DNA of 64,000 nucleotides from Acidobacteriota bacterium (GCA_003223255.1 QHYJ01000144.1:21887-85886); one strand, 5' to 3'. Counted from the stretch's first letter, positions 18,383 to 29,218 are shown. Notes: generated by a model not told the origin, from the sequence alone. Translations and numbers: made by a program.

Positions 18383-19300
18383 ATGGCCTCGCCCTTTCAC
18401 ATCCTGTGCAATTCGCCGCCTCCGGTGCCCCCACCCGACGCGCATCCGCGGCCGGATTGGCTGCGCGTTAAGTTCTTTGGCGGAGAGCGTTTCCAGGACT
18501 TGAAGCGCCTGATGCGGACCCTTGACCTACACACCGTGTGCGAGAGCGCGCGCTGCCCCAACATGGGCGAATGCTGGGAACATGGCGCGGCCACCTTCAT
18601 GATTTTGGGAGACATTTGCACGCGGGCTTGCGGCTTTTGCGCCGTGCCTTCCGGCAAGCCCGTGGGGCCCCCCGACGAAGAGGAGCCCTATCGCGTGGCG
18701 GATGCCGTGGCCAAGATGTGCTTACGCTATGCGGTGGTCACCAGCGTGAATCGCGACGACCAGCCCGATGGCGGCGCGCACATTTTCGCGCGCACGATTG
18801 AGGAGATTCGTAGGCGCGTGCCCGGGTGCAAGGTGGAAGTGCTGATCCCCGATTTCCGGGGTGACTGGAACGCGCTCGATATCGTGCTTGCGGCGAGACC
18901 CGACGTTCTCAACCACAACACCGAGACCGTGCCGCGGCTCTACCGGCAAGTGCGCAAGGGCGCGATTTATGAAAGGTCGCTCGAGCTACTGCGGCGCTCG
19001 AAGGAAACCCATCCCCAGATCCCCACAAAAACCGGAATGATGCTCGGCCTCGGAGAGGAAAAAGAGGAAGTCCTAGCCACGTTGCAAGAACTCGCCTCGC
19101 AGGGCACCAACATCCTTACGCTGGGGCAATACCTCCAGCCCACGCGCGAACATCTCCCCGTGGTGCGTTATGTCCACCCGGATGAGTTCGCGGAATACAA
19201 AGCCCTCGGTGAAGCCATGGGCTTCAAACACGTCGAATCCGGACCGCTGGTGCGTTCGTCCTACCACGCCCTCGACCAAGCAGAAGCCGCATTCACGTAG
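18383..19300 (+). CDS. lipA: lipoyl synthase
   Basis: CESARCPNMGECW and ATFMILGDICTRACGFCAV Cys clusters, SVNRDD, and TKTGMMLGLGE. Confidence 0.95.
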   Translation: MASPFHILCNSPPPVPPPDAHPRPDWLRVKFFGGERFQDLKRLMRTLDLHTVCESARCPNMGECWEHGAATFMILGDICTRACGFCAVPSGKPVGPPDEEEPYRVADAVAKMCLRYAVVTSVNRDDQPDGGAHIFARTIEEIRRRVPGCKVEVLIPDFRGDWNALDIVLAARPDVLNHNTETVPRLYRQVRKGAIYERSLELLRRSKETHPQIPTKTGMMLGLGEEKEEVLATLQELASQGTNILTLGQYLQPTREHLPVVRYVHPDEFAEYKALGEAMGFKHVESGPLVRSSYHALDQAEAAFT

Positions 19301-19407
19301 TATCGGGCTTCTTGCTTTAAGCAGAGGCTTGGCGCGTTCAATGATCTTGGAAAACCCTAAACCCGTTATATACGAATTGCGTGTATTCATTTTGCTGCGG
19401 CCGTGGA

Positions 19408-20571
19408 TCAGTCTGTGAAGGGCACGGCGCGGCCGCCGCGCACCACCGTGGGAATCACGTTGTCGAAGCCCTTGTGCTCCTTCGCGGAATAGTTCAATTT
19501 GAGTTTCGGGCCGAGACCGATGTCGAATTCATGAAGCGATTCGATGCCGCGAATCAGTCCTTCCCGGGTCGGCTCCTTCCCCGCTTTCTGCAGCCCCTCC
19601 ATCAGCACCATAGCGTCGACAAAGCCCTCCAGGCTCACGAAGTTGCGCTGCGCGGAAGGATAGTATTTCCCCAGCGTGCGGCGATAGAGCGCGACTGTTT
19701 TGTTTTCGGTCAGGTAGTAAGGAGGCACAACCTGGGTGACCACCATGCCTTCCGCATCGGCTCCTGCTTCCTGAATTAAATCGTCCGTGCCCACAAACGA
19801 TACCGTCAGGAAGAGCGGCTTCCAGCTTTTGGCATGCGCTTGCCTGAGAATCGGCGCAACCGTATTCGCCGGTCCGACCAACACGACCGCTTCGGGGTCC
19901 GCGGCCCGCACCGTGTCGATTGCCCCTCCCACTTGGGCTGTCTGCCGAGGATACGAGGCAGTCGCGACTGGCTCGGCGCCATGCGTTTTCAGCGCTGTTT
20001 TCACTCCCTCGAGGACGGCAGCGCCAAAGGGATCTTCGGGATAAATCACGCCGATTTTCTTGTACCCAAGCGTGCCCCACAAGCCCTCCATCTGCTCGCG
20101 CGTTTCGTCAAAGTACGAAGCGCGCGCACGTCCACGACCCAGTGGCGCAAAGGAACGTACAGGGTTTGCGCGCCGGTGAAGAGACCAACCAGGGGAATCT
20201 TATTGCTTTCCGCCATCGGCAGATATTTCACCGCGGTGGGAGTCCCCACAAAGAATCCCAAAGTAAAAACCTTCTTTTCCATCAAACGATTGAAGCAGGC
20301 TTCTGTCTTTGCCGGATCGTAGCTGTCGTCGTAAGAGATCAGTATCAGCTTGCGGCCGTCCACCCGCCTGCATCGTTGATCATGTCAAAGTAGGCTTTGG
20401 CGCCGGTCACCGTTTCCGTGCCAAGAAAATGCGAGGGTCCTTCCAGAGCGGAGCACGACCCGATCAGGATCTCTCTTTCGGTAACGCCAGGCCTGCCAGC
20501 AACGGGGCCGTGAAAAGACACACCAGCAAAACACACAGCGCGAGGCTGCTTCTAAAAACAATCGTTCTCAT
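19408..20571 (-). pseudogene. LivK-like branched-chain amino-acid ABC substrate-binding protein, multiply frameshifted
   Basis: Signal peptide MRTIVFRSSLALCVLLVCLFTAPLLAG from ATG 20571. The family sequence is then split over at least three frames: EREILIGSCSALEGPSHFLGTETVTGAKAYFDMINDAGG / GRKLILISYDDSYDPAKTEACFNRLMEKKVFTLGFFVGTPTA..IPLVGLFTGAQ / MEGLWGTLGYKKIGVIYPEDPFGAAVLEG.... One shift sits in a G-run near 20350. Confidence 0.75.
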
Positions 20572-20703
20572 TTTGCTGTCTGGTTATTCCTGTGCGGAAC
20601 GCCTGTCAACGGAATAGGCGCGAAGATGGGCAAAGCAGTAAGCAACGATGGAACAGATCAACCAGGTCGTTACGAGGACACATGGGGCGCTTACGGAAAT
20701 CCA

Positions 20704-20928
20704 CTACTTGATGGGCGGGCCAACCAGAACCATGCCAATGCCGGAGACGAGAAGCACGATGGAAAGCGCGGGAGGAATTTGCACGGTCTTTTCTTCCTCC
20801 ATCGTGGCTTTGATCGGTCCGATCTTTGCCACCTCTTCCTGTTTGTGATAGCTGAAGTTAGGATGCGCCAGCCCGACCACGCCACCAACCAGTAGGATGA
20901 TGCCGAGGATGATAACCAAGCGCTTCAT
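20704..20928 (-). CDS. small membrane protein (two TM segments)
   Basis: 74 aa: MKRLVIILGIILLVGGVVGLA...IPPALSIVLLVSGIGMVLVGPP. Confidence 0.5.
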   Translation of the reverse strand: MKRLVIILGIILLVGGVVGLAHPNFSYHKQEEVAKIGPIKATMEEEKTVQIPPALSIVLLVSGIGMVLVGPPIK

Positions 20929-21038
20929 GCGGCTCTCAAGCTACCACAGTCCAGCGACTTTTTGCCCAAAACAACTGCAAAGACACCTCTGCGCCAGATT
21001 GGCGGATAAAAATGCCTCCAGTAAGCTTGGGTAAAGAC

Positions 21039-21308
21039 TCAGGAACGGCTGGCAGCCGCTGCCGCTTTCTTGGCAGCTTTCGCTGCCGCGGAAGCCTTGC
21101 GGCGGCGCTTAGTCTTCGGCGGGGTGGCGGGCGCTTCGCCGATTAGCTCGGCGTTCATGATGCTTGTGACAAACAGCTTGGGCCCATGGTCGTCAAAATC
21201 CACGGACGTGCGCTCCGCGTCGGAAGCGGTAACGATCCCCAAGCCGTACACTTCATGTTTGATAGTCTGACCTTCCTGCAGTACTTGCACAACATCCTCC
21301 TTGACCAC
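21039..21308 (-). CDS. small protein with beta-rich N-domain and Lys/Ala-rich histone-like tail
   Basis: 89 aa. GQTIKHEVYGLGIVTASDAERTSVDFDDHGPKLFV resembles the short C-terminal domain found on UvrD/PcrA-like helicases. It is followed by PPKTKRRRKASAAAKAAKKAAAAASRS. Confidence 0.55.
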   Translation of the reverse strand: MVKEDVVQVLQEGQTIKHEVYGLGIVTASDAERTSVDFDDHGPKLFVTSIMNAELIGEAPATPPKTKRRRKASAAAKAAKKAAAAASRS

Positions 21309-21341
21309 TCTTTCTCAATCCCCATTCGAATCTCTTGGAGT

Positions 21342-21368
21342 GGGAGCCCGGCCGCAACCGGGACTCCC
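21342..21368 (-). terminator. GC-rich hairpin between cspA and the downstream gene (no U-tract)
   Basis: GGGAGCCCGG-ccgcaa-CCGGG(A)CTCCC: a 10-bp stem with one bulge, 11 nt past the csp stop. The lack of a T-run makes a canonical intrinsic terminator uncertain. Confidence 0.35.
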
Positions 21369-21378
21369 CTAAAACAGG

Positions 21379-21582
21379 CTAGAGGCTAACGACGTTCTCT
21401 GCCTGAAGGCCCTTCGGGCCTTTCTTCACCTCAAATTCCACCGTCTGACCCTCGTTGAGGGACTTGTAACCGTCCATTTGAATGGCGGAGAAATGCACGA
21501 AGACATCTTCCCCGGTCTGACGCTGGATGAACCCGTAACCCTTCGAAGCATTGAACCACTTCACTGTGCCTTGTTCCTTCAC
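21379..21582 (-). CDS. cspA: cold-shock protein
   Basis: 67 aa: [15 protein letters not shown] (RNP1) and DVFVHFS (RNP2). Confidence 0.95.
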   Translation of the reverse strand: MKEQGTVKWFNASKGYGFIQRQTGEDVFVHFSAIQMDGYKSLNEGQTVEFEVKKGPKGLQAENVVSL

Positions 21583-21738
21583 TTACACTACCTCGTTATT
21601 AGAATTGCTTTGCCTCTCTTGGTCCGTTCCCTGTAGTCCCGAAATTTACGCTCCGGCTTTGCAAGTACCGTGACAGCCTCCAGCCCGCAAAAAAAGGCCG
21701 CAAAGTTTGTCCTTGCAGCCCCTCGAACGAGTCAAAAG

Positions 21739-21766
21739 GTAATACAAGAGCAACAAATGCTATCAA
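21739..21766 (-). promoter_or_regulatory. sigma70-like promoter candidate for cspA with ~150-nt leader
   Basis: On the minus strand: TTGATA (21766-21761), a 16-nt spacer, then TATTAC (21744-21739), in an AT-rich tract. This leaves a ~150-nt 5' UTR, as is typical for csp genes. Confidence 0.45.
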
Positions 21767-21905
21767 TAAACTACCATAAAATGGAGCATTTGTCTACGCG
21801 GAACCCCACGCTTTGATCCTCTCGAAGCGCACACTAACCACATGTAAATAAACAGGTTATAGAAACTTTGGAGGGCTCTACGGCAATAGCAGCCAATTGA
21901 GTGCG

Positions 21906-22355
21906 TCAATCGAGAGATTCGGGCTCCAGGCGCAAAACCCCTTCCCCAGAAGCCTTCTTCTCCCAATATTTGCGTACCCAAGCCTCCCAGCTCTTTCCGG
22001 CGGCCGTGTCTCTCCCTGAAAAAGAAAGTGCCGCAATATTGGCGTAAGCAATTTTCAACTTTTGGTTGGCTTCCTTAGGGATAACCCGAACAAAGCTGTT
22101 ATTGAGGGAATTCCCGACAATGCGATCAAAGACGTAACCCTCGATTTTTGAATCATCTTTGAGCGTTAGCGTGACATCGCCGCGGTAGTCGAACGCTTTC
22201 TCCAAGGCAATGCGCAGTTCCTCCTCCGTGGCAAGCTGGGGAATCCACCCCTGAACTGTCTCATGCAGGGCTCCCGGAGCAACCTCCAATTGATCTGGAT
22301 CGAGCGGGGACCCCTCCGTATGACTGGGGCGGTCAGCATGACGCGGCCCACTCAT
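21906..22355 (-). CDS. hypothetical protein, translationally coupled to hpnH
   Basis: 149-aa ORF whose start overlaps the hpnH stop by 4 nt. Protein-like composition ([25 protein letters not shown]...). No family recognised. Confidence 0.6.
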   Translation of the reverse strand: MSGPRHADRPSHTEGSPLDPDQLEVAPGALHETVQGWIPQLATEEELRIALEKAFDYRGDVTLTLKDDSKIEGYVFDRIVGNSLNNSFVRVIPKEANQKLKIAYANIAALSFSGRDTAAGKSWEAWVRKYWEKKASGEGVLRLEPESLD

Positions 22356-23479
22356 ACCCGGCTCTCCTCAAACTGCCCCTTGGTGGTTTCGATTTGAACC
22401 AGGGAATTGTAGGAGTGCACGGGCTTTACCGGTTCATTCAGCAAGGCAAGAGCGTCTGGGTCCGCGTAAGTCGTTGACAAACTGGCCTTCACGGTCGCCC
22501 AAAGCCCGCGCCAGCCACTGAAGGTATGGTCTACCGCAGATGCCTCATAGCCACTGTGCACCATACAGTTGGCACACTTCGGGTTGCCGGACTCCGTGCC
22601 GTAGTTCTCCCATTCCGTGGAGTCCAGCAGTTCCTGAAATGTGTCGGTATAGCCGTCCTGGAGCAGATAGCAGGGTTTCTGCCAGCCGAAGACGTTGTAG
22701 GTAGGCATCCCCCAAGGCGTGCACGCATAATTGCGCTTGCCCATCAGGAATTCGAGGAAAAGGGGCGACTGGTTGAACTTCCAGATCTTCTTGCGGTTCG
22801 CCAAAATCGCGCGGAACAGCCGCCGCGTGCGTGCGCGCCCCAGGAAGTGCTTTTGATCCGGCGCCTTGTCGTAGGAATAGCCGGGGGAAAGCATCATGCC
22901 CTCGACGCCAATCTCCATCATTTCGTCAAAGAAGGCGCGCACGCTCTTGGGATCGGCTCCATCAAAAAGCGTGGTGTTCGTGGTCACGCGGAAGCCGCGC
23001 CTCAGCGCTTCCTTAATCCCTTCGAGGGCCAAATCGTAGCCGCCTTCGCGGCACACGGAAAAATCGTGATGCTCTTTTTGCCCGTCCACGTGAACGGAAA
23101 ACGTGAGGTACTTGCTGGGCTTGAAGAGATGCAGTTTTTCCTTGAGCAGCAGGGCGTTCGTGCAAAGGTAGATGTACTTCTTCCGCGCGATCAGCCCTTC
23201 TACAATCTTGTCGATCTCTGAGTGCATCAGCGGCTCGCCGCCGGGGATAGAAACCATCGGCGTGCCGCACTCTTCCGCTGCCCTGAGGCATTCCTCAGGT
23301 GACAATTCCTTTTTCAGGATGTGCGCCGGATATTGAATCTTCCCACAGCCCGCGCAGGCCAGATTGCACCGGAACAGGGGCTCAAGCATCAGCACGAAGG
23401 GGTAGCGCTTGCGACCCTGCAGCTTCTGCTTGAGGACGTAGGTCGCAACCGTCCACATTTGTGAGACAGGTACTGGCAT
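22352..23479 (-). CDS. hpnH: hopanoid biosynthesis radical-SAM protein HpnH (adenosylhopane synthase)
   Basis: 375 aa. [18 protein letters not shown] (CxxxCxxC), [40 protein letters not shown], and [22 protein letters not shown], closely matching HpnH proteins I recall. Confidence 0.9.
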   Translation of the reverse strand: MPVPVSQMWTVATYVLKQKLQGRKRYPFVLMLEPLFRCNLACAGCGKIQYPAHILKKELSPEECLRAAEECGTPMVSIPGGEPLMHSEIDKIVEGLIARKKYIYLCTNALLLKEKLHLFKPSKYLTFSVHVDGQKEHHDFSVCREGGYDLALEGIKEALRRGFRVTTNTTLFDGADPKSVRAFFDEMMEIGVEGMMLSPGYSYDKAPDQKHFLGRARTRRLFRAILANRKKIWKFNQSPLFLEFLMGKRNYACTPWGMPTYNVFGWQKPCYLLQDGYTDTFQELLDSTEWENYGTESGNPKCANCMVHSGYEASAVDHTFSGWRGLWATVKASLSTTYADPDALALLNEPVKPVHSYNSLVQIETTKGQFEESRV

Positions 23480-23763
23480 TCTCCCTACTTAGCCTTGCAC
23501 GTGGATACAGGGGTGCACCGAGGCCCCCAGAGTCTCTCCGAAGAACTGAGACTGTGGCCCTATTGTACCTGAGAACCCGTGAAATCCACGCGGTTCCTTT
23601 TGGCTCCTTCTGCAACCACTTCCTATACTGGCAAAGCGAATGCACCCTCCTTCTTACGATGCCGCTAACTATTGAAACGGAGTATCTAACGCAGCGATGC
23701 GTCTCTGTCGCGGGTACGGAGGTAAAATCAAGGCCTGGACAAAGCACAGAAACTAAGGCGTTT

Positions 23764-26352
23764 ATGCCGAGACGAAATCTACTCACTCTGTTCGAAGATT
23801 TTGCCCGTTTCGCCAGCGATGTAGCTGTCGTGCAAACACGTGGGTACCGCAGGGAAAAGCTGACGTATGCGCAGTTGTCTGCTTACGCTCGATTCTGGAG
23901 TCATGCCCTCGCCCAAAGCGGAATCGGCCCGGGGGACCGTGTCCTTCTTTGGGGAGCCAGTTCTGCAGATTGGATTGCCTGCTTCTGGGGTCTTCTTTTG
24001 CGCAGTGCCATCGTCGTGCCGATGGACGCAATCGCATCTCCCGATTTTGTTCAGCGCGCGATCAAAGATGCCGACGTGAAGCTAATCCTTCGTGATCGCC
24101 GACTCGGCGAACTTCCCAGCGCACCCCCTTCTCTGGTTATCCACGATCTCAAAGATGCTTCTACAACGCTGTCGCCCGGAGCGAAAACCGAAGTTGATCC
24201 CGGCGATACGTCATCCCGCAGCACCATCGCGGAGATTCTCTACACGTCCGGAACCACCGCGGAACCGCGCGGCGTCGTTTTGACGCACGGCAATTTCCTT
24301 GCGAATCTCGAGCCGCTGGAGAGTGGCATCAACGAATACCGAAAGTACGAGCGCTGGTTTCATCCCTTGCGTTTCACGACTCTCGTTCCCCTGACTCATG
24401 TCTTCGGCCAATTTATGGCCCTGTTTGTTCCGCCGCTGCTTGGCGCGGCCGTGGTGTTCGAGGCTTCGACAAATCCGGCGGAGATCATTCGAAACGTGAA
24501 CCGCGAGCGCGCCACTGCGCTCATCGCCGTGCCGCGAATGCTGGACCTTTTGAAGGCAGGTCTGGAGCGTGAATTCGAATCCCGCGGAAAATCGCAATGG
24601 TTGAGTCGCAGGCTCGAAAGAGCAAATGGGCGAAAATTCCTTCGGCGCGCCTGGGTGTTTCGCCGCCTCCATGGCCGTTTTGGCTGGAAATTCTGGGCCT
24701 TTATCTCCGGCGGCGCGGCGCTCGCGAACGATACGGAGCGTTTCTTCAAACGCACGGGTTACGCGGTGATACAAGGATACGGCATGACAGAAACCGCTTC
24801 ACTCATCAGTTTGAATCACCCGTTTCGCGCCACGGAAGGTTCGGTCGGCAAAGTTCTTCCGGGGCGCGAATTCAAGTTGGCCGACGATGGCGAAATCCTC
24901 GTGTGCGGAGAAAACGTCGCGGCAGGCTACTGGAAAGCGGGCGCGCTCCAACCGTCCAGCCCGGAGGGCTGGCTGCACACCGGCGACTTGGGAGAAATTG
25001 ACGCGGAAGGGAATCTGCGTTTTCGTGGCCGCAAGAAAAATGTCATCGTTACGCCCGCGGGAATGAACGTTTACCCCGAGGATCTGGAAAACGCTTTGCG
25101 CTCACAGCATGGTGTGCGCGATTGCGTGGTCATCCCGTTCGAACGCGAGGGCAACGCCGAACCTTGCGCCATTCTTCTGATGCAAGATTCGAACGAGTCT
25201 GGCGCGCGGACGGCCGTCGATTCTGCAAATGCGTCGCTCGCCGAATACCAGCGCATGCGCCGTTGGCTCCTCTGGCCTGACCTGGACTTTCCGCGGACCT
25301 CCACCGGCAAGCCCCGTTTGCCGCTCGTCGCCTACCGCGCGCAAGAAATTCTAAACGGCCAGTCTGCCGCTCAGGCAGCAACTGTCGGGGCGAGCCTCGG
25401 CCCGCCAGCAGAGCTCCCTCGCCCTCGATCCAGCCGAAACGCCGTTGCCGAACTGGCAGCCAAGCTGAGCGCGAGAGAAGGAAAGCCAGCCCGCCTGGAG
25501 CAAGATCTGAATCTGTCTTCCCTTGACCGCGTCGAGCTGATGAGCGCCCTCGAAGCGATGTTCCACGTGGAACTAAATGAAGCTGCTTTCGCGGAAGCCA
25601 AGACCGTCACCGAGGTCGAGCGGCTCCTCGAGCAACCTGCCGCGCAATATAACAAGCATTGTTATATGCGCTGGCCCCAGTGGACGCCTGTCCGGTGGTT
25701 CCGGCTGGCAGTTTATTACGCGCTCGTCTGGCCTGCCACGCAAATTCTGGGGCATCCGAGAATCGTAGGGCGGGAAAATCTAGGTGCACTTCGAGGGCCT
25801 GCGCTCCTGGTCTCCAACCACATCACGCGCCGCGCGGACATCGGGTTAATCCTCGCCGCGCTCCCCTTGCGATTCCGCCACCGCCTTGCGACGGCAATGG
25901 GCGGAGAAAGCCTGCAAAGGATGCACCGCCCGCCGCGCGAGTGGCTGTTTGCTAGACGTTGGGCGTACCGGCTGGGCTACTGGCTGGTCACCGCACTCTT
26001 CAACGTTTTCCCGTTGCCGCAATTTTCCGGCTTCCGGGAAAGCTTTCGCTTTGCCGGTGAGTGCGTGGATCGCGGCTACAGCGTGCTCATTTTTCCTGAA
26101 GGTGTGGTGAACAACTCCGAAGACGGCCGCATGGCACCGTTTCAATCCGGCATCGGACTGCTCGCGGAGAATCTGCGCATTCCCATCGTGCCGATGCGCC
26201 TTGATGGCGTCTGGCAAGTGAAACGCGAGCGGCGCCGTCTCGCGCATTTTGGCGAAATCACCGTTCGAATCGGTGCGCCCGTTACCTTTGCTCCCGGCAC
26301 CGCTCCGGACGAAATCGCCTGCCAACTCGAATCCATCGTCAAATCTCTGTAG
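23764..26352 (+). CDS. tri-domain enzyme: acyl-AMP ligase - phosphopantetheine carrier domain - PlsC-type lysophospholipid acyltransferase
   Basis: The adenylation cores are YTSGTTAEPRGVVLTH, GYGMTE, HTGDLGE, RGRKKNVIV and PRTSTGKPR. The carrier motif is LEQDLNLSSLDRVELMSALE. The acyltransferase blocks are SNHITRRAD, FPEGV and IPIVPM. ATG 23764 (MPRRNLLTLFEDFARF) is preferred; the 101 codons upstream in the ORF track look non-coding. Confidence 0.85.
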   Translation: MPRRNLLTLFEDFARFASDVAVVQTRGYRREKLTYAQLSAYARFWSHALAQSGIGPGDRVLLWGASSADWIACFWGLLLRSAIVVPMDAIASPDFVQRAIKDADVKLILRDRRLGELPSAPPSLVIHDLKDASTTLSPGAKTEVDPGDTSSRSTIAEILYTSGTTAEPRGVVLTHGNFLANLEPLESGINEYRKYERWFHPLRFTTLVPLTHVFGQFMALFVPPLLGAAVVFEASTNPAEIIRNVNRERATALIAVPRMLDLLKAGLEREFESRGKSQWLSRRLERANGRKFLRRAWVFRRLHGRFGWKFWAFISGGAALANDTERFFKRTGYAVIQGYGMTETASLISLNHPFRATEGSVGKVLPGREFKLADDGEILVCGENVAAGYWKAGALQPSSPEGWLHTGDLGEIDAEGNLRFRGRKKNVIVTPAGMNVYPEDLENALRSQHGVRDCVVIPFEREGNAEPCAILLMQDSNESGARTAVDSANASLAEYQRMRRWLLWPDLDFPRTSTGKPRLPLVAYRAQEILNGQSAAQAATVGASLGPPAELPRPRSSRNAVAELAAKLSAREGKPARLEQDLNLSSLDRVELMSALEAMFHVELNEAAFAEAKTVTEVERLLEQPAAQYNKHCYMRWPQWTPVRWFRLAVYYALVWPATQILGHPRIVGRENLGALRGPALLVSNHITRRADIGLILAALPLRFRHRLATAMGGESLQRMHRPPREWLFARRWAYRLGYWLVTALFNVFPLPQFSGFRESFRFAGECVDRGYSVLIFPEGVVNNSEDGRMAPFQSGIGLLAENLRIPIVPMRLDGVWQVKRERRRLAHFGEITVRIGAPVTFAPGTAPDEIACQLESIVKSL

Positions 26353-26477
26353 CGATTCGCCCAGGCCTCTGGCATTGTAATGTCAATCGTTCTGCCGCAT
26401 CTAATTGAGAAGGACCGACAATAACTTCCCTCCGCCGGGCATGGATTTAGTTCCTGTGGCAAAATAGAAAGTTCAGG

Positions 26478-29034
26478 ATGGCACACCGTACGACACTTAC
26501 GCAAGAACAGCTCGCCAAAACACTGAAGGCGGTCAAAAACGCCTCCGGGGCCGTGCCCGCAAAGGCATCTGGCAACGCGGAGCGGGAGCGCATCTTTGAC
26601 TCTTTTCGTCGTTGGGGCTACTTGCAGGCCAATCTCGACCCCCTGGGCATCTTCCGACCGCTGAAGCACCCTGATCTCGAGGAATTAACAGGCCAGGCAA
26701 CAGAGGAAGCCCAACGCATCTATTGCGGCACGACTGGCGCCGACTTCATGCATTTGCCCGAGCCGGAGCGGCGGCACTGGATCATCGAGCGCCTGGAAGC
26801 TCCTGCCCAAGAGGTCGACCAACACAAAATTCTCGAGCGGCTGATCCGTGCCGACCTCTTCGAGCAAGTCTTACAGGCGCGTTATCTGGGCTCGAAACGG
26901 TTTTCCCTGGAAGGCGTCACGGCGCTGATTCCTCTGCTCGATGCGATCCTGGACGAGGCGGCAGAACACGGCGCGGAATCTTCCATCATGGCCATGAGCC
27001 ACCGTGGCCGCCTGAATGTGATGGTGCACGCCGCGTGCAAGAGCCCGCATGAAGTCGTGGCCGGCTTCGAGGACGTGGACCCGCGAAGCGTGCTTGGCGC
27101 GGGCGACGTGAAGTATCACATCGGTGCCACCGGTACGTACGTCACCAGCTCCGGCAAAGAAATCGCCATCCACCTCGTTTCGAATCCGAGCCACCTCGAA
27201 GCCGTCGATCCCGTGGCCGTCGGCCGCTCGCGCGCCAAGCAAACACGCTACGGTCTGCAAGGCCCTTATATCGACCGTTCGCTGGAAACCCTCAATAAAG
27301 TCGTTCCCATCGTGATGCACGGCGATGCCGCTTTCGCCGGACAAGGCATCTGGGCGGAAACGCTCAATTTTGCCGACCTGCGCGCCTACACGGTCGGCGG
27401 CACGATCCACATCATCGTGAACAACCTCATCGGCTTCACCACCCCGCCGCGCCAGGAACATTCGGCGCGCTTCGCGTCCGATATCGCCAAGCGCCAGTCG
27501 GTTCCTATTTTCCACGTGAACGGCGAAGATCCCGATGCCGTCGTGCGCGTCGGAAAGATCGCCACAGAATATCGCGCCACGTTTGGCGGCGACGTGGTTG
27601 TCGACATCATCGGCTACCGCCGTCACGGTCACAGTGAAGTGGATGACCCCACCATCACGCAACCCAGGCTTTACGAACGCATCAAGGACCATCCGCCGCT
27701 CTGGAAGATTTATGCGGAGAGCACCGGCATCGACGCGAAGCACATCGCCGAAGCCGTTCGCAAGGAGTATGAAGAAGAGCAGACCAAAGCTCGCAGTCTC
27801 AGAAAGATTCCGCGGCTACGCCAACTACCCGAGTATTGGGCGCCCTATTTTCATGGCCGCTACAAGCCCGAATACGAAGTCGACACCGGCTTGAGCCGTG
27901 AAAAGCTCGCCGAGATTACCGATGCCCTCGTTCGCGTGCCTGGCGGTTTTCACGTGCATCCGAAGATCGCGAAATTGCTCGAGCAACGCGCCGAAATGGG
28001 TCATGGCAAGCGCGCCGTCGATTACGGTTTTGCCGAGGCCTTGGCTTTTGGCTCTTTGCTCCTGGAAGGCACCCCGGTCCGGCTCACCGGTCAGGATTCG
28101 CAGCGCGGCACGTTCAATCAGCGTCATGCGGTACTGGTCGACACGGAAACGGAGCGCGACTATCTCCCGCTCTGCCATCTTTCGCCGAATCAGGCTTTCT
28201 GCGAGATTTACAATTCCTCGCTCTCCGAAGCAGGTTGTCTCGGTTTTGAGTATGGTTTCAGCCGCGATTACCCTGAGTCGCTGGTCCTCGGGGAAGGCCA
28301 ACGGCGCTCAGGTAATCATCGACCAATTCATCAGCGCGGGCGAGGACAAGTGGAATCTTCCCGCGGGAATCGTGATGCTTCTTCCACACGGCTATGAAGG
28401 CCAGGGGCCGGAACATTCCAGCGCGCGCCTCGAACGTTTCCTGCAACTCGCCGCCGAAGACAACATGCAGATTTGCCAGCCTTCTACGGCGGCGCAGTAT
28501 TTTCAGCTGCTGCGCCGTCAGGTGCGGCGCCCGTGGCGCAAACCGCTCATCGTTTTCACGCCAAAAAGCATGCTGCGCCATCCCGACGCCAGCTCCAGCA
28601 TCGAAGAGTTCACGCATCCCCGCTTCCTGCCGCTCGTTCCTGACCGCGAAGCGCATGACGCCTCGCGCATCCTGATTGCCAGCGGCAAAGTCGGTCACGA
28701 GTTGCGCGGTGAACGACGCCGCCGCAAGGACACGAGCACCGCCATTTTTTTGCTCGAGCAGCTTTATCCGATGCCCCGCGCGGAAATCTCCGCGGCCATC
28801 GCCGAGCATCCCCATGCCCGCGAGATGGTGTGGGTCCAGGAGGAGCCCGGAAATATGGGCGCGGCCGGCTTTGTCCTTCCGCGGCTTGACCGCATCGCCA
28901 AAGGCGCCGGCCTGGTCCTGCGTTCCGTCAAGCGCTCTCCCAGCGCCAGCCCCGCGACGGGTTCCGCCAAGGCCCATGAACTGGAGCAGAAAACGCTCCT
29001 GGCACTGGCATTCACCATCGCCAGCAACAATTAG
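26478..29034 (+). pseudogene. sucA: 2-oxoglutarate dehydrogenase E1 component, frameshifted by a ~17-nt deletion
   Basis: Two overlapping ORFs (26478-28397 and 27898-29034) together give a short-type OGDH E1 (FDSFRRWGYLQANLDPLG, AMSHRGRLNV, HGDAAFAGQG, GYRRHGHSE, PHGYEGQGPEHSSARLERFLQ). At ~28296 the invariant LVLWEAQFGDFANGAQ reads LVLGE-(shift)-ANGAQ. Confidence 0.85.
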
Positions 29035-29218
29035 GCTTGCGCTTTAACATTCCGTTCACATAAATGTAAACACCGTGTTATCCGGGAAAAGACAGCTTCT
29101 GCCACAATCAGATGTGCAGCAAAAAACCTTGAGTGAACCGAATTATTCCAGTTCCTATCGCCGTCCGCCGAGCTACGGTACACTTTCTTCGGGCCGGCGC
29201 GCCGGGCGTTTAACCGCC

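Noticed and set aside
23461-23763. A 101-codon N-terminal extension of the tri-domain enzyme in the ORF track.
   Set aside because: It overlaps the hpnH start and the divergent promoter region. The composition is not protein-like. The family N-terminus aligns from MPRRNLLTLFEDF at ATG 23764.
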